The notes: generated by a model from the letters alone, not told the origin. 64,000 nucleotides of DNA from Armatimonadota bacterium (GCA_037443365.1 JBBIOM010000003.1:6942-70941), one strand, 5' to 3'; shown: positions 52,077 through 61,459, counted from the first letter of the stretch. Made by a program: numbers and translations.

Positions 52077-53027
52077 ATGCACTCCGAGATCAGCCACATC
52101 CAAGACCTGCTGGCCGCGCAGGGCTACGTGGCCGACAGGACCATCGCGACCAGCGTCTACCTGTCCATCACCTTGCGCAAGCCCCTGCTCATAGAGGGCG
52201 CCGCGGGCGTTGGGAAGACCGAGGTGGCCAAGGTCATGGCCCGCGCCCTTGACGCCGACCTCATCCGGCTTCAGTGCTACGAGGGCCTCGACGCCACCAC
52301 CGCGCTGTACGAGTGGAACTACCAGAAGCAGCTCCTCCACATCCGGCTCTCCGAGGGCGGCGACCGCACCGTGGCCGAGCGCGAGGCCGAGATATTCAGC
52401 GAGCCGTTCCTGCTCAAGCGCCCGCTGCTGGACGCAATCACGAGGCCTCACCCCCCGGTGTTGCTCGTGGACGAGATAGACCGGGCCGACGAGGAGTTCG
52501 AGGCATTCCTGCTGGAGGTGCTCTCCGACTTCCAGGTCTCCATCCCTGAGATAGGCACGATAGCGGCCAGTGCGATTCCCAATGTCGTGCTCACCAGCAA
52601 CCGCACCCGGGAGCTCGGCGACGCCCTACGGCGGAGGTGCCTGTATCTCTGGATCGACTACCCCACGTTTGAGAAGGAGCTGGAGATAGTCAGGCGCAAG
52701 GTGCCTTCGGTCAACGGACGGCTGGCAGAGCAGATAGGCGCCTTCATGCAGCTGATCCGCCGCGTCCGCCTGGACAAGGCGCCCGGTGTGGCCGAGACCC
52801 TCGACTGGAGCGCGGCGCTCATGGCGCTTCACCGCGACCACCTCGATCGCGCCGCGGTTGAGGAGACGCTGGGCGTGCTCTTCAAGCATCATGACGACGC
52901 CGCGGCGGTGAGGGCGCAATGGCTGGATCAGATTCTGGCGGGCCTCGCGGCACTGGAGCAGGAGGGACGCCCGTGGTCCCAGGAGGCAGTGGCGCGGGCC
53001 GCGGAGCGGCTCGCGATCCGCAGATAG
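52077..53027 (+). CDS. coxD: MoxR AAA+ ATPase (CoxD-like)
   Basis: GAAGVGKT, LIRLQCYEGLD, LLVDEIDR, ALRRRCL; start 52062 or 52077. Confidence 0.9.
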   Translation: MHSEISHIQDLLAAQGYVADRTIATSVYLSITLRKPLLIEGAAGVGKTEVAKVMARALDADLIRLQCYEGLDATTALYEWNYQKQLLHIRLSEGGDRTVAEREAEIFSEPFLLKRPLLDAITRPHPPVLLVDEIDRADEEFEAFLLEVLSDFQVSIPEIGTIAASAIPNVVLTSNRTRELGDALRRRCLYLWIDYPTFEKELEIVRRKVPSVNGRLAEQIGAFMQLIRRVRLDKAPGVAETLDWSAALMALHRDHLDRAAVEETLGVLFKHHDDAAAVRAQWLDQILAGLAALEQEGRPWSQEAVARAAERLAIRR

Positions 53028-54166
53028 GGCGCAGGCGGCACGGCGACCTCGCGGCCAACGTGGTGGCGTTCGCCCGCCTGCTGAGGGATCGCGGTCTGCG
53101 CGTCGGGCCGCTCGAGGCAGCCGAGGCGCTGCGCGCCCTGACGGTGGTGGATCTGGCCGACCGCCTCGAGACCTATCTCGCGCTGAGGGCCGTACTGGCT
53201 TCGGGACCGGAGGCGCAGCGCGTATTCGACGGCGCGTTCTGGCAGTTCTGGGGCGATGCGCCGGAGATCGCGGGCGATCTCCCGCAAGAAGACGCTGGCA
53301 CGCAGCCGCTGGACGGCCAGGGGGCGCTCGACCGTGTGATGATCGAGTGGCAGGACGCAGGCCCGGGCGACGCCGGCTCCGAGGGCGATCGCGTGCCGGC
53401 CTACAGCCCGGCCGAGGCGCTCACCCAGAAGGACTTCAGCACGCTCTCCGCCGACGAGTTGGATGAGATCACGGCGATCATAACCGCCATCGCCGAGAGA
53501 GTGGCGACACGCCTTTCGCGCCGCTCGAAGCACGCCCGCAGGGGGCATCTGGTGGACCTGCGGCGGACGATCCGGCACAGCCTGCGCCGCGGGGGCGAGA
53601 TGCTGGACATCCTCAGGCGCGAGCGGAGGCTTCAGAAGACGCGCGTGGTGCTGCTGTGCGACGTCAGCGGCTCGATGGACCTGTACAGCCGCTTCCTGAT
53701 CCAGTTCATCTACGCCCTGCAGCACACACTGGCCAGGGTCGAGACCTTCGTGTTCAGCACCGGTCTTAGCCGGATAACGCGGGCGCTCGCTCACGCCGAT
53801 CTCCATGCCGCCATGGACGAGATCGCCCGCGAGGTGCCCGACTGGTCCGGGGGTACGAAGATAGGGCGCAGCCTGCGCCGATTCCTGACCGACCACGGAG
53901 GGCACTCGCTCGATGCCCGGACAGTGGTCATCATCGCAAGCGACGGCTGGGACACGGGCGATTCCGAGGTCCTGGATGCCGCCATGTCCGAGTTGCGCCG
54001 TCGCGCCGCGCGCGTAATCTGGCTGAACCCGCTCCTGGCAAGCCCGGGATACGAACCGATCTGCCAGGGCATGCGCGTCGCCCTGCCATACGTTGATGTC
54101 TTTGCGCCGGCGCACAACCTGGACAGCCTGCGCCGGCTGGAGCGCCATCTGGCGCGCAGCCCATGA
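52973..54166 (+). CDS. coxE: vWA-domain protein (CoxE-like)
   Basis: DVSGSM MIDAS, DWSGGTKIG, SDGWDTG, IWLNP; start uncertain. Confidence 0.88.
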   Translation: MVPGGSGAGRGAARDPQIGRRRHGDLAANVVAFARLLRDRGLRVGPLEAAEALRALTVVDLADRLETYLALRAVLASGPEAQRVFDGAFWQFWGDAPEIAGDLPQEDAGTQPLDGQGALDRVMIEWQDAGPGDAGSEGDRVPAYSPAEALTQKDFSTLSADELDEITAIITAIAERVATRLSRRSKHARRGHLVDLRRTIRHSLRRGGEMLDILRRERRLQKTRVVLLCDVSGSMDLYSRFLIQFIYALQHTLARVETFVFSTGLSRITRALAHADLHAAMDEIAREVPDWSGGTKIGRSLRRFLTDHGGHSLDARTVVIIASDGWDTGDSEVLDAAMSELRRRAARVIWLNPLLASPGYEPICQGMRVALPYVDVFAPAHNLDSLRRLERHLARSP

Positions 54167-55866
54167 AAGAGCTCGCCGATCTCCTTGCGTCAGCGCGCGC
54201 CGCGGCTGCTGCCGGGGAGGCGATGGCCCTGGCCACGATCATCGGCGTCAAGGGCTCCACCTACCGGCGCGAGGGCGCCCGCATGCTCGTTGCCGGCTCG
54301 GGTCTTGCGACCGGCAACATCAGCGGGGGCTGCCTCGAACGCGACGTGGCGGCCGTGGCAATGGAGGTGATGGAGCGCCGGATCCCGCGCGTGGTGCTCT
54401 ACGACCTGACCGCCGATGACGACGCGGTGTGGGGATTGGGCCTGGGATGCAACGGCGTGATCGAGGTGTTCGTCGAGCCGGTGACCGGCGACGATCCGTT
54501 GTGGGAGGCCGCTGGAGCGGCGTTGGGCGGGGCCGCCGTGGGACTGGTCACCGTCGTGGAGGGAGGCGACACGCTGCCTGCAGGCAGACGCATGGTCGCC
54601 TGGCCCGATGGTCGCTGCCAGGGTAGCCTGGGAGAGGAGGCCGCAGACGCCGAGGCCGCGCGGCTCGCGCGGCGCGCCCAGACCGCCCTCGGAGCCCGGA
54701 CGCACGAGATCCGCGCCAAGGGAGAAGGCCGCCTCCGGCTCTTCGTCGAGGGTCTGCGCCCCCCGCTGCGCCTGATCGTGTGCGGGGCAGGGCACGACGC
54801 GATTCCTGTGGTGCGCTTCGGATCGCAGCTTGGCTGGAGCGTGCTGGTCGTGGACAGGCGCAAGGAGTTCCTCACGCCCGAGCGGTTCCGGGGCGCAGCC
54901 GGGCTGATCTGCACGGAATTCCCCGATGCCGCGAGGGCGGCCACGACCGACCCCCTCACGTTCGTGCTTGTCATGACGCACAACTACCTCCACGATCGCG
55001 ATCTACTGCGGGCGTTCCTGCCGACGCCAGCGCGGTATCTGGGAATGCTGGGTCCCAGGGCGCGCACCGAGAAGATGCTGCGGGAGCTGGAATCCGAAGG
55101 CGTGGCGATCGACGACACCCGCCGCGCCCAGATCTACGGCCCGGTCGGCCTGGACATCGGCGGTGAGGGCCCGGATGAGATCGCGGTGGCGGCGCTGGCG
55201 GAGATTCTGGCGGTGGCACACGGGCGCGCGGGAGGATTCCTCCGCGCCCGTGCGGGTCCCATCCACCGGCCCGCGCAGGATGCCGGGGCACCGTACTCCG
55301 CCGTGATCCTGGCGGCCGGAGCCAGCACCCGCATGGGCCGTCCGAAGCTGGCGATTCCGGTACGGGGGGTGCCCATCATCCGGCGCGTCGCGGAGGCCGC
55401 GCTCGCCTCGCGCTGCGGTGAGGCAATCGTGGTGCTGGGCGCGCACGCGGAACTCTACCGCTCGCTGCTCGATGGGCTGGCGGTGCGGATCGTATTGAAT
55501 CCGGACCCGAGCGAGGGCATGGGTTCCTCGATCCGCACCGGAGTCGCGGCCGTTTCACCGGAGGCAGCCGGGGCGGTCATCCTGCTGGCGGACCAGCCGC
55601 TCGTCACCGCGGAGGTGATTGACCGCCTGATCGAGGCCGCGCTGGCCGAAGGCCGGCGCATCGCCGCCTCTGAATACCGGGGAGCGATAGTACCGCCGGT
55701 CTGCTTCCACCGGGACCTCTTCCCGGAACTGCTGGCCCTCCAGGGCGATCGGGGTGCACGCAGCGTTGTCCTGGCCCATCCCCAGGAGGTCACGATGGTG
55801 CCGCTATCCGAGCCCTGCGCCCTCGACGTGGACACCGACGCCGATCTAACCGGCGCTGGCACGTAG
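54163..55866 (+). CDS. XdhC/CoxF chaperone fused to MocA-like molybdopterin nucleotidyltransferase
   Basis: GSTYRREGA, SGGCLE, GLGCNG, MTHN, PVGLDIG; then ILAAGASTRMGRPK, LADQP, GDRGAR, DVDT. Confidence 0.88.
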   Translation: MKELADLLASARAAAAAGEAMALATIIGVKGSTYRREGARMLVAGSGLATGNISGGCLERDVAAVAMEVMERRIPRVVLYDLTADDDAVWGLGLGCNGVIEVFVEPVTGDDPLWEAAGAALGGAAVGLVTVVEGGDTLPAGRRMVAWPDGRCQGSLGEEAADAEAARLARRAQTALGARTHEIRAKGEGRLRLFVEGLRPPLRLIVCGAGHDAIPVVRFGSQLGWSVLVVDRRKEFLTPERFRGAAGLICTEFPDAARAATTDPLTFVLVMTHNYLHDRDLLRAFLPTPARYLGMLGPRARTEKMLRELESEGVAIDDTRRAQIYGPVGLDIGGEGPDEIAVAALAEILAVAHGRAGGFLRARAGPIHRPAQDAGAPYSAVILAAGASTRMGRPKLAIPVRGVPIIRRVAEAALASRCGEAIVVLGAHAELYRSLLDGLAVRIVLNPDPSEGMGSSIRTGVAAVSPEAAGAVILLADQPLVTAEVIDRLIEAALAEGRRIAASEYRGAIVPPVCFHRDLFPELLALQGDRGARSVVLAHPQEVTMVPLSEPCALDVDTDADLTGAGT

Positions 55867-55873
55867 CATACCG

Positions 55874-57478
55874 CTAGCCCTGGGGGCGCCTGAGAACCCG
55901 CCCGGCCCTGGCGCCCGTATCCTCTCCGTGCTCGACGACGATCTGCCCGTTCACGATCACGTGCTCGACGCCCGCGCAGAACCGGTGCGGATCGTGATAG
56001 GTCGCCAGATCGCAGACGCGATCCGGATCGAAGACCACGAGATCGGCGGCGCAGCCAGGGCGGATCAGCCCCAGGTCGTAGCGGCGCAGCCGCTGCGACG
56101 GGAGGGAGGTCATCTTGCGCACGGCCTCCTCGAGCCGCAGCACCCCGTCTTCGCGCACGTACCTGCCCAGCACGCGCACGAACGTGCCGTAGCTGCGCGG
56201 ATGCGGCTTGCCCCCGGCCGCGGGCGAGAGCGTCCAGCCGTCGCTGGCGACGGCGACCGCGGGGTGACGCATCACGCGCCTCACGTCGTCCTCGGACATG
56301 GAGAAGGCTATCATCTGCACACCGCCGCGCCCGTCCTCCAGGATGTTCAGCGCTGCATCCACCGGGTCCTCGCCACGTGCGGCCGCGATCTCGGTGAGCA
56401 TCCTGCCCTCGTATTCCTTCATGGGGCCTTCGGGGACGCGGCTGATCATGACGGCCTCGGCGTCGAACTCGCGTTCCCCCTTCCGCGGCGCCTCGGGGGC
56501 GGGAGACACGATCTCGGCGCGGATGCGCGCGCGCTGTTCGGGGTGTGCGAGGCGTGACAGCAGCGCGTCCATCCCACCTTCCATCGCCCACTTGGGCAAT
56601 ATCGCCGTCAGGGTGGTGCTGCTCGCGGCGTACGGGTACTGGTCGGCCAGCACGTCCTGGCCCGCGGCGCGCGCGCGGTCGATCATCTCCAGCGACGCGC
56701 CAACACGCCCCCAGTTCCGTTGGCCCGCCGCCTTGTGGTGGCTGAGTTGCACGGGCACCTTCCCCCGGCGTCCGATCTCCAGCGCCTCTTCGACCGCGTC
56801 GAGCAGCGAGTCGCCCTCACCCCGGATGTGCGTGGAGTAGAACGCGCCGTACCGTCCCGCGACTTCCGCCAGCGCTACGAGTTCGTCGGTTTCGGCGTAG
56901 CTCCCCGGAACGTAGATCAGGCCCGAGGAAAGGCCAAACACGCCCTGCTCGAACGCTCGTGCCACGTGAGAGCGCATCGCGTCCAGTTCCTGCGGCGAGG
57001 GCGCCCGGTCCTCGAAGCCCATCACCGCGACCCGCACCGTCCCTCCCCCAACCTGGAGGGCGACGTTGCAGGCGAGCGGCAGCCGCTCCAGGTGCGCCGC
57101 GTAGCCGGCCGCATCTTCCCAGTCCCACGACAGCCCGGCATCCACGAACGCCGCGTAGGCGCGCAGCGCGTCCAGGCGATCCCGCTGCACCGGAAAGGGA
57201 GAGAAGCCGCAGTTGCCTACGAGCTGCGTTGTCACGCCCTGGCGCACCATCGCCTGGGCGCGAGGGTAGGCCGGCAGCGTGAAGTCACCGTGGGTGTGCA
57301 GGTCAATGAACCCCGGCGCCAGCGCCGCGCCGTCGGCGTCGATCACGTGGCGTGCGACGACGCCCGAGAGGTCGCCGACCTGCGCGATGCGATCTCCCTC
57401 AATGCCCACGTCACCCCAGAACCAGGGGTTGCCCGTTCCATCCACGACGCGCGCGCTGCGCAAGACCAGGCCGAGCAT
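55874..57478 (-). CDS. N-acyl-D-amino-acid deacylase (amidohydrolase)
   Basis: PGFIDLHTHGD, GNCG, THIRGE, SHHK, PHPRSYGTF. Confidence 0.92.
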   Translation of the reverse strand: MLGLVLRSARVVDGTGNPWFWGDVGIEGDRIAQVGDLSGVVARHVIDADGAALAPGFIDLHTHGDFTLPAYPRAQAMVRQGVTTQLVGNCGFSPFPVQRDRLDALRAYAAFVDAGLSWDWEDAAGYAAHLERLPLACNVALQVGGGTVRVAVMGFEDRAPSPQELDAMRSHVARAFEQGVFGLSSGLIYVPGSYAETDELVALAEVAGRYGAFYSTHIRGEGDSLLDAVEEALEIGRRGKVPVQLSHHKAAGQRNWGRVGASLEMIDRARAAGQDVLADQYPYAASSTTLTAILPKWAMEGGMDALLSRLAHPEQRARIRAEIVSPAPEAPRKGEREFDAEAVMISRVPEGPMKEYEGRMLTEIAAARGEDPVDAALNILEDGRGGVQMIAFSMSEDDVRRVMRHPAVAVASDGWTLSPAAGGKPHPRSYGTFVRVLGRYVREDGVLRLEEAVRKMTSLPSQRLRRYDLGLIRPGCAADLVVFDPDRVCDLATYHDPHRFCAGVEHVIVNGQIVVEHGEDTGARAGRVLRRPQG

Positions 57479-59410
57479 CTACTTCCCTCCCTGTGATGGG
57501 GGCAGCACCAGCAAGACGTCGCCGACCGGGCGCTCTCCGCCCTCGTCCGACGGCAGGTTGATCACCACTCCGCGCACCACCAGTGTCGTCGAGCCCCCGC
57601 CGTCCAGGTTCAGGGCGTCGGTTGCGCCGAGCCGCCGCAGCATCCCTGCCAGTTCGACCAGCGTCATGCCGAGGCTGTGATAGGGCTGACGTCCTCCGAT
57701 CACCGCAAGCACGATCCGGCCATCCTCCAGACGGCCGATTGCGGTGCGCGGATGTCGCCGGTTGACAAGCGACGGCCTGAATCCCTCGCTGCCCACGAAC
57801 TGCCCGCCGGCCAGCAGCCGCGGGCCGCCGCCTGCCACGTGCCGCACGCCCTCCCACCGCGGATCGCCCGAGACCGGAACCATGCGCACGCGGAGTGCGA
57901 CGCGATCCCCGGGCCTAAACGCCGCCAGCAGCGCGCTCCGACCGCGGGTGTGCCCCGAGAGCACGTAGCCGCCTGCGGGGATCGGGCTGTTGCCGCGGCC
58001 GTCCCAGACCTGCTGCACCGTCTCCCCGGCCACCACGACCTCGGCACCCAGCGCGCTCGTACGCGTCGTTGCGCCGTGCGCCGGGCGGTACAGTATGATC
58101 TCGCCCGCGGCGCGATCGCGGTTGACCCCGTCAATCGTCACCGCGCCCCCATTGGTGGAGGCGGCGGCGTCGAGCCGCAGCAGGTCGAAGAGAACCTGGC
58201 CGTCATCGGTGATCCCGACGCAACTCCTGCCCGCCAGCGGCTCGCTGATCACCTCGCCGTCTGCGGCCAGACACCCCAGCGGGTCTCCGGAGGGCATGAA
58301 GAAGCCGCCGTTGGTAGCGGCGATCGCGCCGGCCCGGCGCGCCGCCTCGCTCGTGCGGAGGCGACCTATGGTCGCGCCCGCCGCTAGCGCCGGCCGCAGG
58401 CGCGCGCCGCCCGCGGGCTCGATCAACACTATCCCGCTCCAGAACGGCCCCGGTAGCACCTCGTAGTCGGGCACCGTCAGGATGATCCACGTGGGCAGCC
58501 CCTCGGCCTCGAGACGCTGCTGCAAGGCGACGGCCTCATCGCGCGTGGCGTAGTTGCCGACGCGGACCTTGAAGAAGTCATCAGTGGCCTCGACAAACGC
58601 CGGGTGGCCGCGCGAGCGCATCGTCTCGGCCAGTCGGCGCGCACGCTCTTCGTCCTGGAACGCGCCGACCTGCACCCGCCAGACCGGCGGCGCCCGCAGC
58701 GCGCCCCGCTTCTCGAGGATGAGGGTCACGCCCGCTTCCAGCGTGACCGAGAAGGCCAGTGACATGCCCTGCTCGATGCCCTGCAGGTATGCCCAGATCA
58801 TGCTCGCCGCCTCGGCGCGCGTGAGCGCATCGAGCGGCCGCACGCGATCCGATGGCGGTTCGCGCAGCAGGGGCGGGACGGAGAGCGCTGCCACCGCTAT
58901 CGCACCACGCACACCCGGTGGCAGGCCGCCGAGATCGGCGAAGGGCAACGGCGCGTTGACCATGTAGGCGGACTCGAACGTGTGCCCCAACGCGCGCACA
59001 AGCCACGTGAAGGCGTCGCCACGGAGAAGCGGCGAGTTCGGCCGGAACAGACCGCCCGCGCTGAGCATACCGTAGGCCACTGCCGACTCAACCGCGGGCG
59101 CCAGCTCGCGCGCGAGATGCAGGTCCACAAATGACGGCGGATCGAACCGCACCTGCGGCAGTCCCCGCGCTACGACCAGCCAGGCGACGAATTGCGCGCG
59201 GTTGATCGCCGCATCGGGGCGGAAGAGACGGTCGCCTCCCACCTCGATGACGCCGCGAGAGACGAGGTTCGCGATGCGCTCCTCCGCCCAGTGACCGCGG
59301 ATGTCTTCGGGACGCGACTGCGCCCGCGCGGCTGCGGACGAGGTGACCAGCAGCGCCGTCACAAGCGCTAGGGCGGCGAGAGGACTGCGGCGTGCGCCCG
59401 GCGGGAACAT
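57479..59410 (-). CDS. Secreted SLH + SPOR + phosphodiester glycosidase (NAGPA/DUF2233) protein
   Basis: DIRGHWA...FRPD...INRAQF (SLH); VQVGAF...KVRVG (SPOR); NGGFF, HPRTAIG, NLDGGGS; start moved to ATG 59410. Confidence 0.87.
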   Translation of the reverse strand: MFPPGARRSPLAALALVTALLVTSSAAARAQSRPEDIRGHWAEERIANLVSRGVIEVGGDRLFRPDAAINRAQFVAWLVVARGLPQVRFDPPSFVDLHLARELAPAVESAVAYGMLSAGGLFRPNSPLLRGDAFTWLVRALGHTFESAYMVNAPLPFADLGGLPPGVRGAIAVAALSVPPLLREPPSDRVRPLDALTRAEAASMIWAYLQGIEQGMSLAFSVTLEAGVTLILEKRGALRAPPVWRVQVGAFQDEERARRLAETMRSRGHPAFVEATDDFFKVRVGNYATRDEAVALQQRLEAEGLPTWIILTVPDYEVLPGPFWSGIVLIEPAGGARLRPALAAGATIGRLRTSEAARRAGAIAATNGGFFMPSGDPLGCLAADGEVISEPLAGRSCVGITDDGQVLFDLLRLDAAASTNGGAVTIDGVNRDRAAGEIILYRPAHGATTRTSALGAEVVVAGETVQQVWDGRGNSPIPAGGYVLSGHTRGRSALLAAFRPGDRVALRVRMVPVSGDPRWEGVRHVAGGGPRLLAGGQFVGSEGFRPSLVNRRHPRTAIGRLEDGRIVLAVIGGRQPYHSLGMTLVELAGMLRRLGATDALNLDGGGSTTLVVRGVVINLPSDEGGERPVGDVLLVLPPSQGGK

Positions 59411-59578
59411 CGTCTCCGGGATTCTGCCGGCGCTCGCCCGTTCCTGCTCGCGCCAAGCGACCGGCGAGGAAATCAAGAAATTGTGTCCCGCAAAGAAGGA
59501 GAATCTACATGTGGTATCGAACGGATGAACGACGGCAACATCGTGCCGTCCATCTTCCAAGAGAAGGAGGCGAGGACG

Positions 59579-59623
59579 GTGGCGAAGAAGGCGAAGAAGG
59601 CCGCTAAGAAGAAGGGCAAGTAG
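59579..59623 (+). CDS. 14-aa Lys/Ala-rich micro-peptide MAKKAKKAAKKKGK
   Basis: AAGGAGG SD at 59564-59570, 8-nt spacer, GTG start, TAG stop, intrinsic terminator 18 nt downstream; too short for the ORF track. Confidence 0.65.
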   Translation: MAKKAKKAAKKKGK

Positions 59624-59641
59624 CCGCCCTGCGCTTGCCCC

Positions 59642-59675
59642 AAAGAAACGGCGGGAACCCCGCCGTTTCTTTTTT
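59642..59675. terminator. Intrinsic terminator, probably bidirectional
   Basis: AAAGAAACGGCGGG-aac-CCCGCCGTTTCTTT perfect 14-bp inverted repeat running into a T-tract. Confidence 0.9.
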
Positions 59676-59700
59676 GTGTCCGCGCCGGGGAAAGGGGTAT

Positions 59701-60879
59701 CTACCCGAACGCGTTGAGGCCTGTAAGATCGCGCCCTAGAACCAGCGTGTGGATATCGTACGTTCCCTCGTACGTGTCGACGGACTCGAGATTCGCCGCG
59801 TGTCGCATCGAGTGGTACTCGACGGTGATGCCGTAGGCGCCGAGGATCGTGCGCGCCGCGCGCGCCGCCTCGAGCGCCATGCGCACGTTGTTGCGCTTCG
59901 CGAGCGACACCTGCGTGTGCCGCATGAGTCCCTGATCCTTGAGCTGCCCCAGCCGGAAGGCGAGGAACTGCGCCTTGGTCAACTCGGTGAGCATGTCCGC
60001 CAGTCGTTCCTGGATTATCTGCGTCGCGGCGATGGGTCTGCCGAACGCCACCCGATCACGCGCGTAGCTCAACGCCTCCTCGAAGCAGGCCGTCGCCGCT
60101 CCCAGGGCGCCCCATGCGATTCCATAGCGCGCCTGGGTCAGGCAGGAGAGCGGCGCCTTCAATCCCCTGGCGCCGGGGAGGCGGGCGCTGTCTTCCAGGC
60201 GCACGCCGTCGAGCACCAGCTCGGACGTGTCGGATGCGCGCATGCTGGCCTTGGTCTTCAGCTCGTGCGTCGTGAAGCCGGGTGTGCCGCGCTCAACCAG
60301 GAATCCCAGGATCTCGCCGTCGTCGTCCTTGGCCCAGACCACGGCCACGTCGGCGAGCGACCCGTTCGTGATCCACATCTTGGAGCCTGTCAGTTCCCAA
60401 TCGCTGCCGCGGCGCCTGGCACGGGTCTGCATAGAGGCTGGATCAGAACCCGCCGACGGCTCGGTCAGGCCGAAGCAGCCGATGGCCTTTCCGCTTGCCA
60501 GCCGGGGGAGCCAGCGCCGCCGCTGCTCCTCGCTGCCGTATGTGTATATCGGGTACATGACGAGCGAACCCTGCACCGATGCAAACGAGCGTAGCCCTGA
60601 ATCACCACGCTCGAGCTCTTGCAGGATCAGACCGTACGCGATGTTGTTGACGCCGGCCGCGCCGTACTCGCTGGGCAGGTTGGCGCCCAGGACTCCCAGG
60701 TCTCCCATCGGTTCGACCAGGTGCCGGGGGAACTCGCCGCGCAGCCACCAGCCGCCGATGTGCGGCAGGACCTCGCGGTCCACGAAACGCCGGACCGTGT
60801 CGCGCATCAGGCGCTCGTCATCGGAGAGCAGTCCATCCAACATGTAATAGTCGGCCGTCTTCACCAGGAGTTCTTCCAC
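59701..60879 (-). CDS. Acyl-CoA dehydrogenase, glutaryl-CoA dehydrogenase-like
   Basis: ELERGDSGLRSFASVQ, CFGLTEP, KMWITNG, TYEGT; GGGAGG SD before GTG 60879. Confidence 0.88.
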   Translation of the reverse strand: MEELLVKTADYYMLDGLLSDDERLMRDTVRRFVDREVLPHIGGWWLRGEFPRHLVEPMGDLGVLGANLPSEYGAAGVNNIAYGLILQELERGDSGLRSFASVQGSLVMYPIYTYGSEEQRRRWLPRLASGKAIGCFGLTEPSAGSDPASMQTRARRRGSDWELTGSKMWITNGSLADVAVVWAKDDDGEILGFLVERGTPGFTTHELKTKASMRASDTSELVLDGVRLEDSARLPGARGLKAPLSCLTQARYGIAWGALGAATACFEEALSYARDRVAFGRPIAATQIIQERLADMLTELTKAQFLAFRLGQLKDQGLMRHTQVSLAKRNNVRMALEAARAARTILGAYGITVEYHSMRHAANLESVDTYEGTYDIHTLVLGRDLTGLNAFG

Positions 60880-60955
60880 GCTGCGACCTCCCACGGTGCC
60901 GTGTCCCCCGGATGCTACGGGATGCGGGGTGACCGGGGAAGGGTTCCCCAGAGTC

Positions 60956-61381
60956 ATGCGGAATCCTCTCACCGTGCCTGCGAACCGCGTCATGCGCATC
61001 CGAGCCGGCGGCGTCGAGACCACGGGCGCGCTGGGGGACACACCCACTGCCGACGCCATCTGGGAGGCGCTGCCGATCGAGGGCCGCGCCAATCGCTGGG
61101 GGGACGAGATCTACTTCCGCATCGGGCTGGGCCTGCCCGAAGAGGACGCCCGGGAGGTCGTGGAGGTGGGCGATCTCGGGTACTGGCCCCCAGGGCAGGC
61201 GTTCTGCCTCTTCTTTGGTCCGACCCCGGCCAGCCATGCAAGCGAACCGCGCGCGGCAAGCCCGGTAAACGTGTTCGGCTGCATCGAGGGCGACGCCACC
61301 CGGTTTCGCGCTGTGCGCGATGGAGCCCTGGTGGTCTTGGAGCGGGTCGAAGCCCACGCGACATCCCCGACGAGCGGCTGA
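60956..61381 (+). CDS. Cyclophilin-like fold protein (DUF369-type)
   Basis: NRWGDEIYF, VEVGDLGYWPPGQAFCLFFGPTP, ASPVNVFG; start uncertain (60956/60974/60992). Confidence 0.8.
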   Translation: MRNPLTVPANRVMRIRAGGVETTGALGDTPTADAIWEALPIEGRANRWGDEIYFRIGLGLPEEDAREVVEVGDLGYWPPGQAFCLFFGPTPASHASEPRAASPVNVFGCIEGDATRFRAVRDGALVVLERVEAHATSPTSG

Positions 61382-61443
61382 CACGCTCACGCAGATCCCG
61401 ATGACGAGGAGGACTCTGCTCCGCCACGTCGAAGTGCTCACAT

Positions 61444-61459
61444 TGGTAATCGTTTTCCA
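61444..61459. promoter_or_regulatory. LacI-type operator
   Basis: TGGTAATCGTTTTCCA, imperfect palindrome with central CG, upstream of the LacI gene. Confidence 0.65.

Noticed and set aside
44516-55866. Aerobic CO dehydrogenase (cox) cluster
   Set aside because: The only large subunit has PYRGAGR rather than the Cu-binding AYxCSFR motif; CoxD/E/F/G homologues also serve other Mo-hydroxylases.
59579-59675. Lysine-sensing attenuator leader peptide
   Set aside because: No co-oriented gene follows the terminator (the next gene is convergent) and no antiterminator is evident.
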